This document shows positions 61,600-64,000 of a DNA stretch of 64,000 bases, piece after piece. The stretch is from Gammaproteobacteria bacterium (lineage in GTDB: Bacteria > Pseudomonadota > Gammaproteobacteria > Acidiferrobacterales > SPGG2). Where the stretch lies: NCBI GenBank assembly GCA_029861845.1, contig JAOTYM010000004.1, forward strand, positions 6,995 through 70,994. Reading direction: 5' to 3'. Below the pieces are notes generated by a model. That model was not told where the DNA came from. It worked only from the letters and a program-made list of their open reading frames with translations, and ran no database searches. Within the stretch, counting starts at the first letter, position 1. Every line of letters begins with the position of its first letter. The translations under genes were made by a program, and so were the position numbers.

Positions 61600-63660
61600 A
61601 TGGGTATTGGCTGTCCTCCCGGACTATCCGGTGATCCCGAGCGGGCCCGTCGTCGACTTCTGTTCTGTGGTTTATTACCAGTCATCGCCCTTCTGGTAGC
61701 GGGGTGTGCCGACAGTAGTTCCAGCGACGTCAAGGATCTCTCCGACCCGGCCTCGGCACCCGTCATATCGTTGACGGCTGATCCCCCGTCCATCAGCGCT
61801 AACGACTTTACTGACCTGAACTGGTCGGTAACCAACGCCGCATCCTGCGAGGCCTCCGGCGCCTGGTCGGGCAGGAAGGCATTGTCCGACAGTGAGACGG
61901 TTGGTCCATTGACCCAGACCAGCAAGTTCACCCTGGTGTGTAACGGCCCCGGCGGCAGCGCCGCGCAGTCGGTGACGGTCACGGTGACCGCAGCGCCACC
62001 TCCACCGGCGATCACCAATTTCACGCCCACCAGTGGGCCGGTGGACACCACCGTAACGATCACCGGTGCCAACTTCAGCGGCACCACCGCGGTTGCCTTC
62101 AACCGCAAAGTCACAAGCTTCACGGTTGACGCCGATACCCGGATCTTCGCCACGGTGCCAAGTGGGGCCACCACCGGGGGGATCACGGTCACGACTGGCG
62201 CCGGCACCGACACCAGCGGCGCTGACTTTACCGTGACCACGGCGCCGCCGGGGACCAAGGCTGGCGATAACGATGGCGATGGTATGGCCGACGCGTGGGA
62301 ATTGGCCATTGGATTCGACCCGAGTGACGGCTCCGATGCCGGTCGAGACACCGATGGGGATGGCTTTAGCAACCTCGAGGAATTTCAGGCCGGCACCGAT
62401 CCGCACGACGCCACTGACGGCAAGCCACCGCCGCAATCCGTGCTGCGTGGGCCCTATCTGCAGCAAGGCACGCCCACGAGCGTCATAATCAAGTGGCGCA
62501 CCGATCATCCGACCACGTCGGGCATTTACTACGGCACCGCGGCAGATGCGCTAACGGCAGACACGGCATCAGACACCGTCACCACCGAGCATGAACTGCT
62601 AATCAGCAATCTGCAACCGGACACGCGTTACTATTATAAGGTCGGCAATTTCTACAGCGCCCTCGTCAGCAGTGGGAGCGCCTATCCCTTCTCAACCGCC
62701 CCCACCCCAGGAACGCCCAAACCGACACGCATCTGGGTTATCGGGGACTCAGGCACTGCCAATGACAACGCCCGCGCCGTGCGCGATGCGTATAAAGGCT
62801 ATACCGGCGCTCGGGGCACCGATCTTTGGTTAATGCTCGGGGATAACGCTTACGGCGACGGTACGGACGGCCAATACCAAGACGCCGTGTTTGACATGTA
62901 TCCCGAGTTGCTGCGCCAGACCCCATTGTGGAGCACGCTGGGCAATCACGATGGCCATACGGCGAGCTCGGATACGCAAACAGGGCCTTACTACGATATC
63001 TTTACGCTGCCGACGAATGCGGAAGCGGGCGGCTTGGCGTCTGGAACCGAAGCGTATTACTCGTTTGACTACGCCAACGTCCATTTCATCTGTTTGAATT
63101 CCTACGACATCGACCGTTCGCCGAATGGCGCCATGATGACGTGGCTGCAAAATGATCTCGCCGCCACCGACAGACAGTGGGTCATCGCCTTCTGGCACCA
63201 TCCGCCGTACAGCAAAGGCTCACACGATTCCGACTCGGAATCTGCCCTCAGGGATATGCGCGAAAATGCGCTCCCCATCCTCGAATCTTTTGACGCAGAC
63301 TTGGTGTTGTCGGGCCACAGCCATTCCTATGAGCGCTCGTTTCTTATCGACGGTCATTATGGCAGATCGGACACGCTGACTGCGGCGATGATACGTGACG
63401 GCGGCGACGGTCGCGAGACCAGTGACGGCGCCTACGACAAACCCGGTGTTGCCGGCATCCCCAATCAGGGTGCCATCTATGCGGTCGCCGGTAGCTCCGG
63501 GAAAAACAGCGGCGGTCCGCTCAATCATCCGGCGATGTTCATCTCGCTCAACACGCTGGGGTCGATGGTCTTGGATGTAACGGGCAACCGGCTCGATGCG
63601 ATCTTCCTCGACGATGCGGGATCGGTGCAGGACCAGTTCACGATAATCAAAGGACCGTAG
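61600..63660 (+). CDS. lipoprotein: purple acid phosphatase-like metallophosphoesterase with Ig-like, IPT/TIG and acidic Ca-binding repeats
   Basis: LVAGC lipobox; DNDGDG / DTDGDG; GDSG, GDNAY, GNHD, HHPPY, GHSH. Confidence 0.85.
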   Translation: MGIGCPPGLSGDPERARRRLLFCGLLPVIALLVAGCADSSSSDVKDLSDPASAPVISLTADPPSISANDFTDLNWSVTNAASCEASGAWSGRKALSDSETVGPLTQTSKFTLVCNGPGGSAAQSVTVTVTAAPPPPAITNFTPTSGPVDTTVTITGANFSGTTAVAFNRKVTSFTVDADTRIFATVPSGATTGGITVTTGAGTDTSGADFTVTTAPPGTKAGDNDGDGMADAWELAIGFDPSDGSDAGRDTDGDGFSNLEEFQAGTDPHDATDGKPPPQSVLRGPYLQQGTPTSVIIKWRTDHPTTSGIYYGTAADALTADTASDTVTTEHELLISNLQPDTRYYYKVGNFYSALVSSGSAYPFSTAPTPGTPKPTRIWVIGDSGTANDNARAVRDAYKGYTGARGTDLWLMLGDNAYGDGTDGQYQDAVFDMYPELLRQTPLWSTLGNHDGHTASSDTQTGPYYDIFTLPTNAEAGGLASGTEAYYSFDYANVHFICLNSYDIDRSPNGAMMTWLQNDLAATDRQWVIAFWHHPPYSKGSHDSDSESALRDMRENALPILESFDADLVLSGHSHSYERSFLIDGHYGRSDTLTAAMIRDGGDGRETSDGAYDKPGVAGIPNQGAIYAVAGSSGKNSGGPLNHPAMFISLNTLGSMVLDVTGNRLDAIFLDDAGSVQDQFTIIKGP

Positions 63661-63662
63661 CC

Positions 63663-64000
63663 GTGCGAAGGGTTATTCTCACAGACAAGCGCTGGCGCCG
63701 TTTGCTGGCGCTATTAATGGCCGTCTGTTGGGCCGCGCCTGTCACGCTTGGCGCCCATGCAGACGTAGATGCGCGGGTGGCGGCATTGGATAGGCAAATT
63801 GCCGCCAACCTCCGAAATGGTGAGCTCTATCTCAAGCGCGCCGAGCTCCATCGCCTCCACCAAGACTGGGATGTGGCCTTGGCGGACTACCAACGGGCGG
63901 AACAGCTCACGCCCGACCTGGAGGTGGACTTCTACCGGGGAAGGATGTGGCTGGACGCGGGCCGACTCGATCTAGCCAAATCGGCGTTAGATCATTTTCT
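63663..64000 (+). CDS. exported TPR protein (partial, runs off the window)
   Basis: GTG 2 bp after the previous stop; VRRVIL...LGAHADVDARV...LYLKRAELHRLHQDWDVALADYQRAEQL. Confidence 0.7.
   Translation, partial: MRRVILTDKRWRRLLALLMAVCWAAPVTLGAHADVDARVAALDRQIAANLRNGELYLKRAELHRLHQDWDVALADYQRAEQLTPDLEVDFYRGRMWLDAGRLDLAKSALDHF

Noticed and set aside
61596-62508. Long minus-strand ORFs (258 and 277 aa)
   Set aside because: Antisense to the Thr/Gly-rich domains of the phosphatase gene

Overview
64 kb of a GC-moderate bacterial chromosome, most likely a gammaproteobacterium (sigma32 promoters at hslVU and hsp20; proteobacterial-type metH, ppx, nfi, argB, msrPQ). It is mostly housekeeping and stress genes: serB-serA converging on a sahR-metF-metH operon with a clear SahR-type operator; detoxification and repair enzymes (pirin, TPMT-like, MOSC, GGT, ATL, EndoV, two SplB-like radical SAMs); an ACP-FAAL-acyltransferase fusion; CHAD-ppx; HD-GYP; htpX; a DUF1223 / two-component / spondin / msrPQ module; hslVU-hsp20; argB; and a variable, cassette-like tail ending in a secreted purple-acid-phosphatase-like gene and a TPR gene. 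I saw no tRNA, rRNA, CRISPR array, integrase or transposase. Best candidates for undescribed biology: (1) a translationally coupled GT2 / nucleosidase-fold / SplB-like radical SAM / aldo-keto reductase operon; (2) a two-component system with matching 11-bp-spaced GTGA repeats upstream of itself and of a spondin-domain gene, next to a CxxC periplasmic protein and msrPQ; (3) three good sigma54 promoters, driving an unannotated 35-aa membrane peptide, a pair of orphan genes (one phage-like) and an HD-GYP gene. All family assignments come from motif recognition by eye, with no database searches.
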